Shown here: piece by piece, positions 1-12,616 of the stretch
Numbering within the stretch: position 1 is the first letter of the stretch
Layout: every line of letters starts with the position of its first letter
Source: Klebsormidium nitens
Taxonomy: Eukaryota > Plantae > Klebsormidiophyceae
NCBI GenBank assembly: GCA_000708835.1
Contig: DF237064.1
Location: forward strand, 124,001 to 188,000
Length of the DNA stretch: 64,000 bases
Reading direction: 5' to 3'
The notes under the pieces: model-generated
What the model saw: the letters and a program-made list of their open reading frames with translations, nothing else
Told to the model about the DNA's origin: nothing
Database searches by the model: none
Position numbers and translations under genes: made by a program

Positions 1-272
1 AGCATCATTCGCATCCAAGTAGAGTGCATGGAAAATTACGACCGGGCGGCATGATCACAAAGGGCGCATTACATCCATGAATTCGAGTTGCTAAGTTGTT
101 AAGATGTTCGGGTGCTGTGAAGGTGGAACAAACACAAATCGAGGAGAAACGAAAATCGCCCATAACCTGGCTTCAACTGGAACATCATCTGCACTCAGCT
201 GATCTAAGTTCTCAGAGGAAGTGCCTCGACGGCACCTGTTTCATCCGGCCCATCTTCCCATCTTCCGTCCAG

Positions 273-3200
273 TCAACCCAGGTTTTTCTTCAATTTCTTT
301 TTACCTACATACTCGACAATCCCTGCCTCTCCTTCTGCGTCGGGTTCCGCACTCGGCGGCTCCGCCTCCGCTCCTGCCGTCCGTTTGGACTTCTTGTCTA
401 TTCTGCGCTTCTTCGACACTATTTCGGCTTCATGCACTGCCGCATCCATTTCGGACTGCTCATCGCCATGCCTCTCCCTCCTTCCCTTCTTCTTGTTCTG
501 CTCAAACTCGGTTGTTTCCTCCTCTTCAGCAGGCTCCTCTCCATGCATTTTTGCTGCAATCTCATCAGATACCGCCCCTTCATCTCGCTTCGCTTTCTTC
601 CCCTTCTTTGCTGGAAGACCTTCTCCGTTTGCCCCCTCATCCCGGTGCCCAACTCCTTCCATCGCCAAACCCTCCCTCTTCCCCAGCTCCTCACCGTCCA
701 CGTGCCGCTTCCGTTTCCGCTTTTTTTCGTTCCGTTCCGTTGCCCCATCATCCTCCACCACCAAAGCTGTCTTCGCCTCATGCTCAAGCACGTCACCGTC
801 CACCTGCCGCTTCCGTTTCCGCTTCTTTTCCTTCCGTTCCGTGGTCCGACCGTCCTCCCCGGCTTCGTTGCCCCCATCGACCCTGTCCTCATCTTCTTTT
901 TCAGGGAGTTCGTGCGCCTCTTCTGTGGCCCCATACGCGCCCCCCTTTGGCGAATTCTTAATCGGACGCTCTGAGAAAAGGTCCGCAAACATCTGACGCG
1001 CCCCCTCGGACGCAGACACGTGGGCCCGCCACGAGACCGGCGAGCTCTTGTACCTGAAGGCGAGGCCGTCAAGGTGCCGTCAGTTTTCAAGGCCTCGCTT
1101 GACTTTTGTTGAATGCCCTAAGCTTCCACCCTCGGCCTTGCTCAGAACGTTCTCCTGGCCTGGGCAAAGTTCTGGATGCGAGAACTTGAGATACCGTACT
1201 GCTTTTTAGTTTCGGCAAAAAACGAAAGATTACTTGCCCCGCTGAGAATGTTGAATCATTATCCAAGCGCGATAATGGTACTTTTTAGCAGGCAACGCTG
1301 AGTCTGCCGAAAGTTTCGAACGTTTGAATACTCATTTGGCGTCGAAGGAGCCGAATTGAAAAGCAGTTCTGTTTGGATACCGTGTAGAGCAAAATAATAT
1401 GCAAAATCGAAGAATAGAACCGACGAGCGAGTTGTCCAGAGAGGGCCTGAGCACGTAGATTCTTGAATTCTCTCGTGAGCAAAAGATCACAGTATTGCAG
1501 AACTCTACAAGGCAGAAAATACGGGTCCAGGCTCAGAAAGGGGTCTATTTGGCCGCATGACGTGCAGATTTCTGAGGACAACTCAAAATTCGAGACACCT
1601 TGAAGCCCCGAACTTTGAGGTGGATCGTTTGCAAAGAGCCACACTGACCCCGCAGATCGTGTGGTTGCCGGATAAACGCGCACAGCGCGAGAGGAGACAA
1701 AACGAATGCAATGAATAACATGTTAAGAGGAAGCTCACAGTGAGACGCTGGCCTTGAACAATACGTGTGGCCCGTGCGATGTGCGCAGGAGCGCAGCTTC
1801 GCCGTCAGCCAGCTCACCTACAATTGCCTGCATTTGGGGTTTTCAAGTTTTAGGGTTTTAGGGTAGAATATCGCAACCGTACGAGATGCACCGCTGCGCT
1901 GTTGCCCCTGTCACGGTTGCCGACATTACAACCAGTCAAAAGTCGCCTCGCTGTTCTCAACCTGGTGAGATGGACGGCTGACGTCACTCTCGATCACAGC
2001 TGCTTTGCTGGATCAAGACGGGTGGACACATCTTCTAAACCCAACACTTTGGTCGTTTGCCCATGACCCTTTACGCTCTCCGCATCAGAAGCCCGACATG
2101 CTGCACTGAAGTAGCATGCGAGCCGCCATATAGATCCGGACAAATATAGAGTAGCTAAGCCTTCAAAACACAAGAACCGTCAATTTGCAGCATCATAGGG
2201 CACTTACGAGGAAAGCGCGTCCGTCAGATTGTCCGCGGAGGAACAAACACCGGCCACGGAGGCACACTATTGAAGAATCGAAACACTTGTGGTCCTCGTA
2301 CAAGGAATCAGCAAAAGAGCCGAGCTCAGAGTGCCAAGACTGAATTCGCACATCGGCACGTGTCCGCACCTCTTTCAGCTTAATGTCGGCTGCCGTGAAG
2401 CATTTTTCGACGCAGTGCGAGCCGGAGGGATCCCTCGCCAGCTCAGCAAAGTGTCCGCGCAACCTGCACACGGATCTGTGCACTTCAGACATATTTCGGG
2501 AAATTGTGCAGCCGTATTTCAGCACGTCCAAGGAAAGGTCGAGTCTTCGTGCACAAGGAAGAAGGGGGGAGGGGAAAAAAACTGCCAGGTGAACATTCTC
2601 TACAAAGCTTTTCCCAGTACGTTGTCAAAAGTAGCTTCAAGGGTGGCTTCTGGTTGACACGTCAATATTTCTGAATGCTGTGTCAGTATTTTGTATGAAA
2701 AACGGAGTTATCGGCTCAGAGTCGCGATCCAGCAGCTCAGAGATCTTCCCTGAACACCACCAAAACCAACCCCAGAAAAGATGCAGCTGAAAATTCCAGA
2801 TGGCATCACAAACAATCACAGTTTCAGCGTTGTATCTTGCTTTTCGCACCTCAGGAGCATACGTGTTTAAAACCCAGAACTCTACTGTCTAGGAAAAGCT
2901 TATCGTTGAAGGAACGAGGAAGTATACGCAGTACAATGCCACATCCCCCCTTTGTTTTTTCTTGGAGTGCGGCTAGAAAAAGCGTTTCCTGCAAAACCCG
3001 ATTTTGAGCGTTCTCACCGGCCTACAAACAGCCGCTTCTGCTTGTCTGGCGTGGGCCCCGTAAGGAACGCTTCCACGACGCGGCTGCCCCCTGGGTCGCT
3101 CGCGAGAGCGACGCACTCCGCCTCCGTCAGGCTGCCCACACTGTCCACAAACGGCTGGCAGCTGCCCTGCAATCAGAATTGCATCATGCAAATGTCAGCT

Positions 3201-6200
3201 GTTACTTTGAGTGAGCATGACAGGGAAAACAGCGTCAAGGAAAAAGGATTCAATTTAGCCCGGAAAAGAGTAGGGAAAGAGGGAATGTGTCGTTGGAACA
3301 GCTCCAACGGCTGCGCTCCAAGGTTATTTGCGAGCTGGTGGATCTCAAGATTCTCTGCCTGATCTGGAAGAGCTATCTTGCACACATAAAAGACACGATT
3401 TAGGATCACACGTTGCCACGGCTTGTGCCGGACTGACACCACCTCACGAAGGTACTTGTTGCACCAGGGAATGTTCAATTGAAAATCAGGCGGCCCAAGC
3501 ATGCAAACCAACTTTGCAGGTTTCAGGAAGCGATTTCCGCGACCTGCAGAAGCCTCCGACATCAAAGCAAGCATAGCGCCAAAACCATTTGCTTCTATGG
3601 TTGCTCGAAGCACCCACACCGGCAGCTGTGAGGCTTCCTTCCGCAGCCTCTCTCACTCGTTGGTCGGCTATTTTGCGGCCACAATACTCTGTTTCGGCTT
3701 CTACTGTCGCCCTGCATCGCTTCCTGACCCGCAATATTAGCAACACTCCTGCCTGGTGCCTCACCTTGGGAAAGCCGAACATTGTCGTAAGGATCGCACA
3801 ATTCAGCGGGGGCAGTTTGCCCCACCGGTTGCCAGACGCAATGTGCTGGTCGAGAGCCAACAAGTCGGAGACGACTCGAGTGGGGGAGGACGATTGGGCG
3901 GTCAGGGCGCGTGCAAGCGCCCGGCAGACCTGGACAAGGGAGAAACAACAGAAAAAGACCTTGGTTCATTCGAAAAACAAGTTTGCCAAGCCGGTTGTCT
4001 GATAAAATGTGCTGGTCGAAAACCAAGAGGTCGGGATCAACCCGAGAAGGGGAGAACGATTGGGCGATGAGCACACGCGCATCCGCCCAGCAGACCTGGA
4101 GAAAGGGAACCCACAACGGTGTTTGTGGTTCCAAGGGGCCAAGTCTCCTGAGAAGTTTCCGTTTGTTTGACGTAGATTGCTGATCCCGAAAGTCCCGAAA
4201 GGTCTGAAAGGGCTGTTGGTTCTGAAGATTTTTGGGGAAACGGACGACTAAGTACTGTGTGCGTCCTTGCTCAAAAGCGTCGCAGACCCTGGGCTTTGAA
4301 GAACAGTACTAAATCTATAAACCCGAAGCAACACTGGAGAAGCTGGAATAGAGGAGAGGCGTGTTCAGCTTGCTAGAGCAACCGGCCAGCGAGCTAACCA
4401 ACGGCCAGACCAAGGTTTCTCCCGGCCAGGCCCAGTTGATTTTATTTCCCCCCGAAACGCGTGTTCAGCTTGCTAGAGCAACCGGGCAGCGAGCTAACCA
4501 ACGGCCAGACCAAGGTTTCTCCCGGCCAGGCCCAGTTGATTTTATTTCCCCCCGAAAGAGAAGCACCCTGTGGCTCCACCTCTTAACGTCCCCGCGCTTG
4601 TCCCTGAATTAGCTTCCACGATTCCACAAAGCCCGCTTTGCCGTTTGCACATCCCCTTCGTGAAACAAGTCTGCAAAGCCGCAGGGCTCCTGAACCTGCA
4701 AGTAGGGGCGACAATATCGGAAAATTCGGGAGTTCAAAGCCGATTTCTACCCCTTTCGCTTCAGATATGGACGATCGCACTAACCTCCTTCTCATAAGTG
4801 CCCAGACGGCCGCAGCTGGCCACGAGCGCAGCGATCACGCCTCCCCGGTTCTCCCGCAGCAGCTGCGGGAAGTGCTCCTCGAGTTCCTCCGCGGCAGCTC
4901 TCACCTGCGGATATAACTGAATGTTAACCAGACCTCGGCAAGAGTTCCTGCATACATCAGGCCTGCGAGAGTTGGATGGGGGTTCGAAACGACTTCCGAA
5001 TCCCAAGGACCGAAAGTTCCGCAAGCAAATGCCGAAACTCGGAGCGGTGGAAGACCCGACGTGATGACTCGCTTGCAAAAATAGTTGTGCCTCTCCTGCA
5101 AGAGCGACGCAATGACCAGAACGCTGTTCATTGACCAGAAACATTGCAAGTCAGATCATATTATCTGTTGCTTGAAACAATCCTGGGAAAATATGTGTAG
5201 TGACAGGAGCGATACTATGTCTCGTATGATGGCTCAAATGGGAGAGAGCTCTTGCGGACCAAATGCGCGCCTACTTGGCAGAAGCAAAGCGACTCTAAGA
5301 AAAAGCTTCGTAGGAGCCCCATACACATGGATCTACAGTGATACCAGATGCGAGCCTACCAGATCGGCGCCGTGGGCTGCGGCAAACATGGCCTGGAGCA
5401 CGAAGTTGGCGGACGGATGCAGCGCCAGGTCTTTCAAACTGCCCCGGAAGAAACGGTCAAAGAACTCGCTTTGAAGGCGGGGCGGAGAAACCTTGACAAT
5501 CACCTGCGGAGAAAGACATGGGTTGGTGAGGTGGTTAAGCGAAATCGAATCAAGCCGTTGAATTGGAGCCTGGAAGCTCTTTCAGGCTGCCACGGAAGGA
5601 GGCATAAACAGCGCGGCCTGGAGGTCAGGCGGGGACAATTTCACGATGACCTGAACAAACGAAGCTTCTGCTACTTGTGGCTTTCGATCTAGACTTCTGT
5701 CGTTTGTTTTCAAAGGTTCCTATGGATGACCCAGGGTCTCGCCATAGTCCTTAGTTAGCTGTTCCTGTCTATATCTATTTTACTCGTAAGTTAACGGGAA
5801 TTGATGCAAATTCAGCGGCGTCGAAGCAGTCCGTTGAGCGGATCGTGCAACTGCCTGCTTGAGAAACGGCCCAACACCAGCAATGCCGTGTACGTATCGG
5901 TGTGAAAGATTGGATGGTAATTATCAATCACGTCCCGAACAGGAATTTCGCACCTCCGAAAGACAGGTGCCAGACCGAGTCAGAACAGGAGAATTGCAAC
6001 TCTGAATAATGAAAGCCAGAGTGGTTGAGAGAGAAGTGAATCAAACAAAGAATTGTCCAAGCAGCCGAGAACAGGCTCACCTCGACCAGGTGGCTGCCGC
6101 TTCGCTCGCGCATCAGCTCCGCGACTTCGTCAGGGTCGGCGCTCGCGAGAACCTCGCCTGGTCTAGTTGTGATGACCTCCTCGGGGCAGCCCAGAAAGGC

Positions 6201-9001
6201 GCGCACCATTCGTTCGAGCGGAACTTCTTGACCCTCAAGAGCGAGAAGAATGGCCTGCCGAGAAAAGATAAAATACTCAAGGCGAGGGCTTTTGTGCATG
6301 GAGAAGCTGAGAATCAGGGGAGAGTTTGCGGAAGGGAGCGTTGCAGATAGAGAAGCTGGGGACGAAGGGAAAGGTGAAGGCTGGGGCCTTTGCAGATGAA
6401 GAAGCTAAGAGCGAAGGAAGAACTAAAGGCTGGAGGCTCCGCAGATAGAGTACGATCGGCTGCAGTCCTGAGATAGACGATACCGTTCAACTTTCTCGTG
6501 AAGTTATTCCCTCCAAAGCCAGTCCGGATAGTGTGCAACAGACGAGGGCCACTGCTTCCTCGGAAACGAGAGGAGTTGCAAGAAAAAACAAAAGCCTCCG
6601 AAAATGCAATGTGAAGATCGATTGGCTTAAAATGCTGATCTTGACGATTTTCTTTTTATCAAGAGAATATGCTCTACTTTGAAGCTCAGGAGTCGAAACA
6701 TTGGGATAAGTTACACAGCTGTCAGATCGGGACAAAGCCTAAGCGAAGACACTCGAACACGCATAGACCCACTGCTGATGTCAGTATCCCCCCAGAACAA
6801 GCGTCCAAACCACCCTGTGACTCCACGCGAGACCGATCCAGACAACCATAAACGAGTCAGCTATGCTTTCAGGACTGCCCGAATCAACGTAGACAAAAGA
6901 TCGACCAACCTGCAGCCCCGGCCCTGCTGACGAGTCCAACCTCAGCTGCTTCACATGTGGCCCGGCCGCGGCAGCTATTCCCTCCGCAAACTGCGCCAGA
7001 AGCGCTGGAAACGGAGCCTCAACCGGCCTTTGCCCCCGGTTATTCCCTCTGGGCGCACGCTGCCCGTGCCCCAGGTGCTTGGATTGGCCCGGTTGAACGT
7101 CCCGGCCACTCAGAGTGGAGAGGATGCGCCGCAGGACGTGGCTCCCGTAGCGGTCGCAGAGGAGGTCGACAGCGGTAGCGCTGGCGGCCTGAAAATGCGA
7201 GCATGTCTTTGTTCCTCGACGAAATATGAGCATTGGTGAAGTGCCTTTTGAAAGCGTCCCAACTGCGACATGAGATTGCAGGGCTTCGACTAAGCAGGAC
7301 TTGAAAGGTTGAGGCAAAAGGGGGACGTAAATCGGCAACTCGCAACTGAAGCGGGTAAGTACGGATTGCCGGATTCCAAAATCTTCCACCTCCTGCCACG
7401 AAAATGGCTAACACATTTTCCGTGCAAGCAATAGATATTGGAAGGAAATTACACTGAACATACAGAACCAAGAAGAATGCTAAAAACCGATGGCAATCAC
7501 TACGAAGTCCCCCCCATCGAAAGGCACCAAGTGAAGCCAGCGCCAAAGTACGCAGATGAAGGAGAGCATACTGAAGCAGACTACCGAAAAGAAAAGAACC
7601 TGCAAGGTTAGAATAGCGAGCCCCACCTTGCAGACAGCCGAAAGAGCCTGCCCCGCCGCCCCCACATCTCCATGCTGTTTGAGCGCTTGAAGCGCCGTTT
7701 CTATGATGTGGCTCCCAGAATGGTGGCGTGCCACGGCTTCAAAATGGTCCCCGCATAGGCCAGTTAGAAAGGACAGGAGGCTCGGCAGCTCCGCTGACGT
7801 CAGCAAGGCCTCGAGTGTGCGGCCACAGGAGGCGTCGCACGCGAGGGCCGCCTGGGGGGAGGAGAACTTCCTTTGAGATTCACTTATTTCCCATTTCTCC
7901 ACAGCAGCCTTGTCGTTGTATCCAGAACTTTGACTCTTGCATATTCAAGCAGGAGTTTCTTGCGTACCTTTCTTAGTACGCCTCTGCAGACTGACCTCTG
8001 AAGTGCTGGCCAGCTGATCATGATTGAGGTTTGAGCCGTCTGTTTGCATAATCAAGATGTGGTGTCTTTCTTTTGTTGGTGCAATAACTCTCTTCCTTTC
8101 CACACGATGCACAATTCCTGGCATTCAACGAAGCATGGAGACCGATTCACCAGGAAAGAATGCATCCATCCCCTCGCTCCCGCTGCCCTCAGCTCTTCCG
8201 CCCCAAAATACTCAATATATCCATTGGTGGTAATGGATGCAGCAAAACTGTTATAAGCTGAATCAATGAAAACGTGCATGTGTAGCTGTTGATACGAATG
8301 GCTCATACCTCGCTTCCTTGTGCTTCTTCCAGCCCGTTGTTGCAAAGGATCGTCAGCTCTGTAGAGGACAAGTAACAACAAGAATGAAAGAGGTCAAGAA
8401 CTGCGATGGCTTAGGCTGTCTCTGGGGCAAATCCCACTTCTGCAAGAAAGTTTCAAAAATAAAGGGTCCCCTGACACAAGCAAATAAATGTAAGGAGAAA
8501 ACGGAGCACAGCTATTAGATATCACTTCAGCATTCATGAGGAAAAACACACGTCCAACACCAGAGGGGGTGGACACAAGTCGTAAAATCTTTAATCAAAG
8601 TGGTCAGTAACAATGATCATCATGGCCAGAAAGAGTGGTGGTTAAGCGGTCCGCACACATAGGTTAAACCACCACCTCAATCAACATGCATTGTTTTTCG
8701 TCGACGCTTCGCAAAGAGTCTCACCCTCTGGATCTTTGATGGTCCCATTTGGCCCAACAAGTGGCGCAATCTCCTGGAAATACTGCCGCAAATCTGCATT
8801 CAATTTTAAGCCCTCGCCCAGCACTGGGTAACTCTCATTGTAACTGTTGTCCCACTCTTCGTTGACTCCTCTACAACCGCCAGCTTCATAGCCCTTCCCC
8901 TTTCCCTTTCCTCGAAAATCTGAACGCCCTCCTTCAGGTTGGCCCCTGCCAGAGTACTCGCTGCGGGGACCAGCATTCTCTCTGCTCTTGTCACGCCCCA
9001 T
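273..9001 (-). CDS. NOP9: Nucleolar protein 9 / Pumilio-repeat protein APUM23 (18S rRNA maturation), 12 exons, ~848 aa
   Basis: Exons read 5'->3' on minus: 9001-8725, 8358-8309, 7851-7627, 7188-6910, 6254-6081, 5503-5360, 4904-4785, 3929-3765, 3166-3018, 2463-2370, 1827-1739, 1053-273. All are GT-AG and in phase. Nop9-type PUF motifs are present: HSGSHIIETAL, RYGSHVLRRIL, RSGSHLVE, PSANFVLQAM, DPGGSRVVEAFL, DPSGSHCVEKCF. There is a long K/E-rich C-terminal tail. Confidence 0.93.
1848..1863 (+). repeat. Two tandem telomere-like TTTTAGGG units in a NOP9 intron
   Basis: ttttagggttttaggg read directly, about 20-35 nt upstream of the acceptor of the 1827-1739 exon on the minus strand. Confidence 0.7.
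3975..4105 (-). repeat. Degenerate copy of the acceptor and 5' part of NOP9 exon 3929-3765 (exon echo)
   Basis: The copy ctccag|GTCTGCTGG... encodes VCWADARVLIAQSFSPSRVDPDLLVFDQHI. The real exon gtccag|GTCTGCCGG... encodes VCRALARALTAQSSSPTRVVSDLLALDQHI. Confidence 0.85.
4359..4557. repeat. Near-perfect 100-bp tandem duplication in a NOP9 intron
   Basis: The unit gcgtgttcagcttgctagagcaaccgg...tttatttccccccgaaa starts at 4359 and again at 4459. One substitution seen (ccggccagc vs ccgggcagc). Confidence 0.95.
5575..5660 (-). repeat. Degenerate copy of the acceptor and 5' part of NOP9 exon 5503-5360 (exon echo)
   Basis: The copy gttcag|GTCATCGTGAAATTGTCCCCGCCT (VIVKLSPP) matches the real ccgcag|GTGATTGTCAAGGTTTCTCCGCCC (VIVKVSPP). 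Confidence 0.75.
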
Positions 9002-9147
9002 TCTTGCGTTAAAGTTCCCAGAACAAAACTAAAAACACTTCAACAGGTGGCACTGGCAGCCCCCTCTTTGTTGCCTTCCCCTCTTCGTTGCCTTGCCAAT
9101 GCAAGTTGCACTTGCAGTCTCTGCGCCCAGAAACGCTGAACAGTGTT

Positions 9148-9155
9148 TAGGGTTT
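9148..9155 (-). promoter_or_regulatory. Telo-box (AAACCCTA) upstream of NOP9
   Basis: tagggttt on plus equals AAACCCTA on minus, about 150 nt upstream of the NOP9 ATG. Telo-boxes are typical of plant ribosome-biogenesis genes, but this is a single 8-mer. Confidence 0.45.
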
Positions 9156-9955
9156 TCCAATCTGCGACTTCGAGCATATTAACTCATGAAACTTTGTGTG
9201 TACATACTTGAGGCTGAGCTGTTGCATCGTTTTGGATGCGCTGAAAAGCGGGTAAAAAGCGCAAAAGTGGAGCTATAGGGCTGCACATTCCACCCCCTCC
9301 AGGTGGAACCATCATCCAGGCGCCCGTTCCGGGAGGGAACTCCTTGTTGCAAGTATCCACCGCAGATGGTGCCAAGCCGCAGCGCCTGTGCTTGAGCAAC
9401 CAACAGCAACTCAGGTGAGGGGCAGATATTTGCCGTCTAGCTTAGCAGTCGCCAGACGAGCAGGTAGGGTAGATACAATGCTTCCAGAATGCAGCAAAGA
9501 GACTCTCGTTGCTCTAGTTATTTGATTTCAGACTGAATCGAAGGTAAAACAAATGCGCGTTGATTTCCAGAATGGTCCACTTTTATCGCAGACATGGCTG
9601 GCGAATGGCCTCTAAGCAATGTCATTACAGAGCAATGCGTTTGCTATTCTGCATAGGCGCCAAGACAAGGATGAAAATCTGAAACCCTTTAGGACATATG
9701 CAGGCCAGGATTAAAATTCCAGTCACCGACCAGCTACTCAAGCGAGCTTTGAGGCTCTTAGACCGCGGTCATCAACCAGATTTTGATGCATTGGAGCAAG
9801 TGCACAACAATTTGAACCATTTTGAGAGATGAGACTTGCGTTCCAATGCTATCGTCTCCGATTGAACATTCTAATTTGCTGCCTCTTTGCAGGAGTTGCT
9901 TGCTGCATAGAGCTGCTCACTCGTGGCTTTAGCCTTTCATTAGTTTCTTGGAAAG

Positions 9956-11421
9956 ATGGCGGCAGCAGTAGCAGCCAGCAAGGGACTGGTTCTGGCCTCT
10001 CTTCCATGGGCTGCTACCACTAAGGGGTCCTGTCTGAAGGGACTCCGTTGTCTGCCGCCACTGCCGGCACGCGGTCGTCGATCTCCCTGCTTGAAACGCT
10101 CAGCAGTGAAGCAGTGCCGCGCCGCCCTCCAGGAGGGCACAGAGCAGGGCCTGGAGCGTAGCTCCAGGACTTCAGAAGTCGTTGAACGGGTTGTGTCGGA
10201 AGCTGAGGTAGGGAGACAATCTGCCTTCTAAGAGGGATCTTGCTGCAATGAAAGGAGTTGAAGCTTTCATTCTGGAGCACCTTGCATCATCATACTTTGT
10301 GGTTGTTGAGTCCGTGAAAATCCACATTACTGACCGAGCTTCAAGGACTCAGCACTGTTTGCATAGGTTGCTCTTGAAATTCTTGGGCCTCAAAGTCAGC
10401 AGTGAACCAGGCTGTCACAATTCAGAGTGCTATTCAATCTTGCAGGCAGCGTCAAGTGGCTTCGCTGGGTTGCCCGCTGGGTTGACGATCTCATCAGCGG
10501 TGTGTTTGCTAGAGGTGAGTGAGAAACTCCCCCCACTATTTTCCTTCCTTCAATGCAGCACCTTCCTTGTATGTATGTTTTTGAGCGTCGAGGAAATTTT
10601 GTGTGGAATTTCAGCAACATATTCCAGTCCGGATGCACCTTTGGGGGCAAAGTATCGCCGCCGCAATCACTTACCACTTCAGCTGTCTGACACAAATGTG
10701 TGGTCGTGACAGCTATTTGCCACTGGTGTGGCGGAAGCGAAGCATGCGCCCCAAGTGGACGCCGGAGCCTTCTTCACCAACTTGACCGTCGATGGGCTCA
10801 TTGAGTGGACGCTCACGGTTGGAGCCTTGACGGTCTTCTACTTCCTGGTGGCTCCGGTACGACGAGCGCGCCCGTTTTGGTTTGTTGAGTATGCAACAGA
10901 GACTCTTTTCCTGATCTTGCAAGTCTTCTTCACAGTGTCCAAACCTTGCTTATTCCCAGCACGCAAGATCGGTGCTTTTTGGGGTGTCTTCTTGCACAGA
11001 CATCGAACCAGCACCTGTGGTCCCACGGCCAATTTGATCGCATCAGTTCAATGTCTTCTGCAGCCTGTTCTGCTCACGTACTTCCTGAAGCGGTGGAAGA
11101 AGAAGCAACTCGCGGAGACCATGTTCATGTTTGCAATGGTCTTCATCTTCTTCCCGGGGTAAGATCCGGTTCCATCTTCTGTCTCTTTGTCGTGGGACTT
11201 TCAACGATGGTCGAGCAGGGGTATATCTTGAAGCAGGTTGCAAGCATCTCGTTAGCTTCTTGTTTTTCCATTTGGAGGACTTTACTCACGATTTTACTCG
11301 TTTTCTTTGCAGCCTCATGATCTGGGCACCCTTCATCAACACAAGGCCTTTCGCTAGGGCTACCGGAAGGTACACAGCGGAGACAGACAAGGCAGCATTC
11401 AGAGGAGACGAGTGGAGGTAG
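9956..11421 (+). CDS. ndhL: Chloroplast NDH complex subunit L (NdhL/CRR23) with transit peptide, 5 exons, ~222 aa
   Basis: Exons 9956-10207, 10446-10514, 10713-10856, 11064-11158, 11313-11421, all in phase. The N-terminus is rich in A/S/R like a transit peptide. The core YFLVAPPVLLTYFLKRW...FMFAMVFIFFPGLMIWAPFINTRP matches the NdhL pattern YLL.P...RW...F.VF.FFPGL...PF.N.R. Confidence 0.9.
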
Positions 11422-12616
11422 TATATGATGTCACTCGGTCACTTAGTACTTAATTGCGCGTAAGGAAGGGGTGATCCAAGAACTGTTCCATATTGGAAGC
11501 TGCACCATCTGGATTTGAAGGTCAGTTGTGGTTGCCCTGCAGACGCTTCTTATCGACCATTGACGGTAAACTGCGTCTTCATTCACCAGACTAATCAATA
11601 CAAGGTGGTCGAACGGGCCTGTATAGCCAGCCAGCACCATATGACCAACCAAGCTACCTAGCGCGGCCGCCGTTTACTCATGTGCCTGCTGGCCTTGCCG
11701 CCTAGACGGAGCATTCTGCTGCTGCATATGCAACCCTAGCCGGCTGACTTTGTAACGAAGATTTGTTGACGCGGGCCACTGATGCTTCAGTGAAACAGAT
11801 GTCAATGCATCTAGCTTGGGTCTGACACATTGAATGCTGTGATATGAGTCGGAGCCGCCCGGATTACTTGTGCGAAACCTTTGATCATTCTTGCTTCCGG
11901 CTCTGCCATTGGTATCATTGGCCGCTTGCCGCTGCTGGCATGTCAGGCGTGTTGATCGCTACAAGCTGACAAAGTCGACTAAGACTGATAGCGCACATGT
12001 GCGAATCCGGCCTGATCATTTGCACTTGATGCTAGTGCACGGGGGGGCCCAAGATCAACCGGCCAGCAATATTACTGCCATGCAGGCTGAGGGCCATCAC
12101 AACAGACATGATTGCCGTCACTGTCTGATCGGCTAGGGAAGTTTCGATACGATCAATTTGTAACCACCTGGCATCTACCAATCGATCGACCGCATCTATG
12201 ATCCTGCATATACTGATTCCAGCTAGAAAAGAGGTGCGCATGTGGCACCCAAGCAGCAGCCCGCGCAGACGGTCCTTTAATCCGAATCGACTGAATCAAT
12301 TGATGACCCAAGTCAAACACCATATATAGAGTCTTGAACTGGTGCCCTTAAGTGACGTGATCATCCAAATTAGCTGTGTCAGTATAGATTCATGAAAAAA
12401 ATACTTATGTTCAGGCCTGCATAAGACGTATGTTTTTCAGGTATGACCCGGAGCACCCGGAGCCGCCCCAAAGGCAGTTAGGCTTATTGGCTACCACTAT
12501 ACAACGACTGAAAAGACGAAGACCTACACTTCCTCTACCAAGGAGCCTTCGCATAACAACTCGTCCCACGAGATGCGAAGGCACCCTCCTGCAGACTGAT
12601 CGGGCACTACAAACGG

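Noticed and set aside
96-996. Long plus-strand ORFs (96..974, 221..961, 385..996)
   Set aside because: They are antisense shadows of the low-complexity K/E-rich NOP9 terminal exon.
8527-8623. Possible C/D-box snoRNA in NOP9 intron 1 (ATGATGA ... CTGA on minus, 97 nt)
   Set aside because: There is no terminal stem and I could not identify an rRNA-complementary guide. The boxes are short enough to occur by chance. A snoscan run would settle it.
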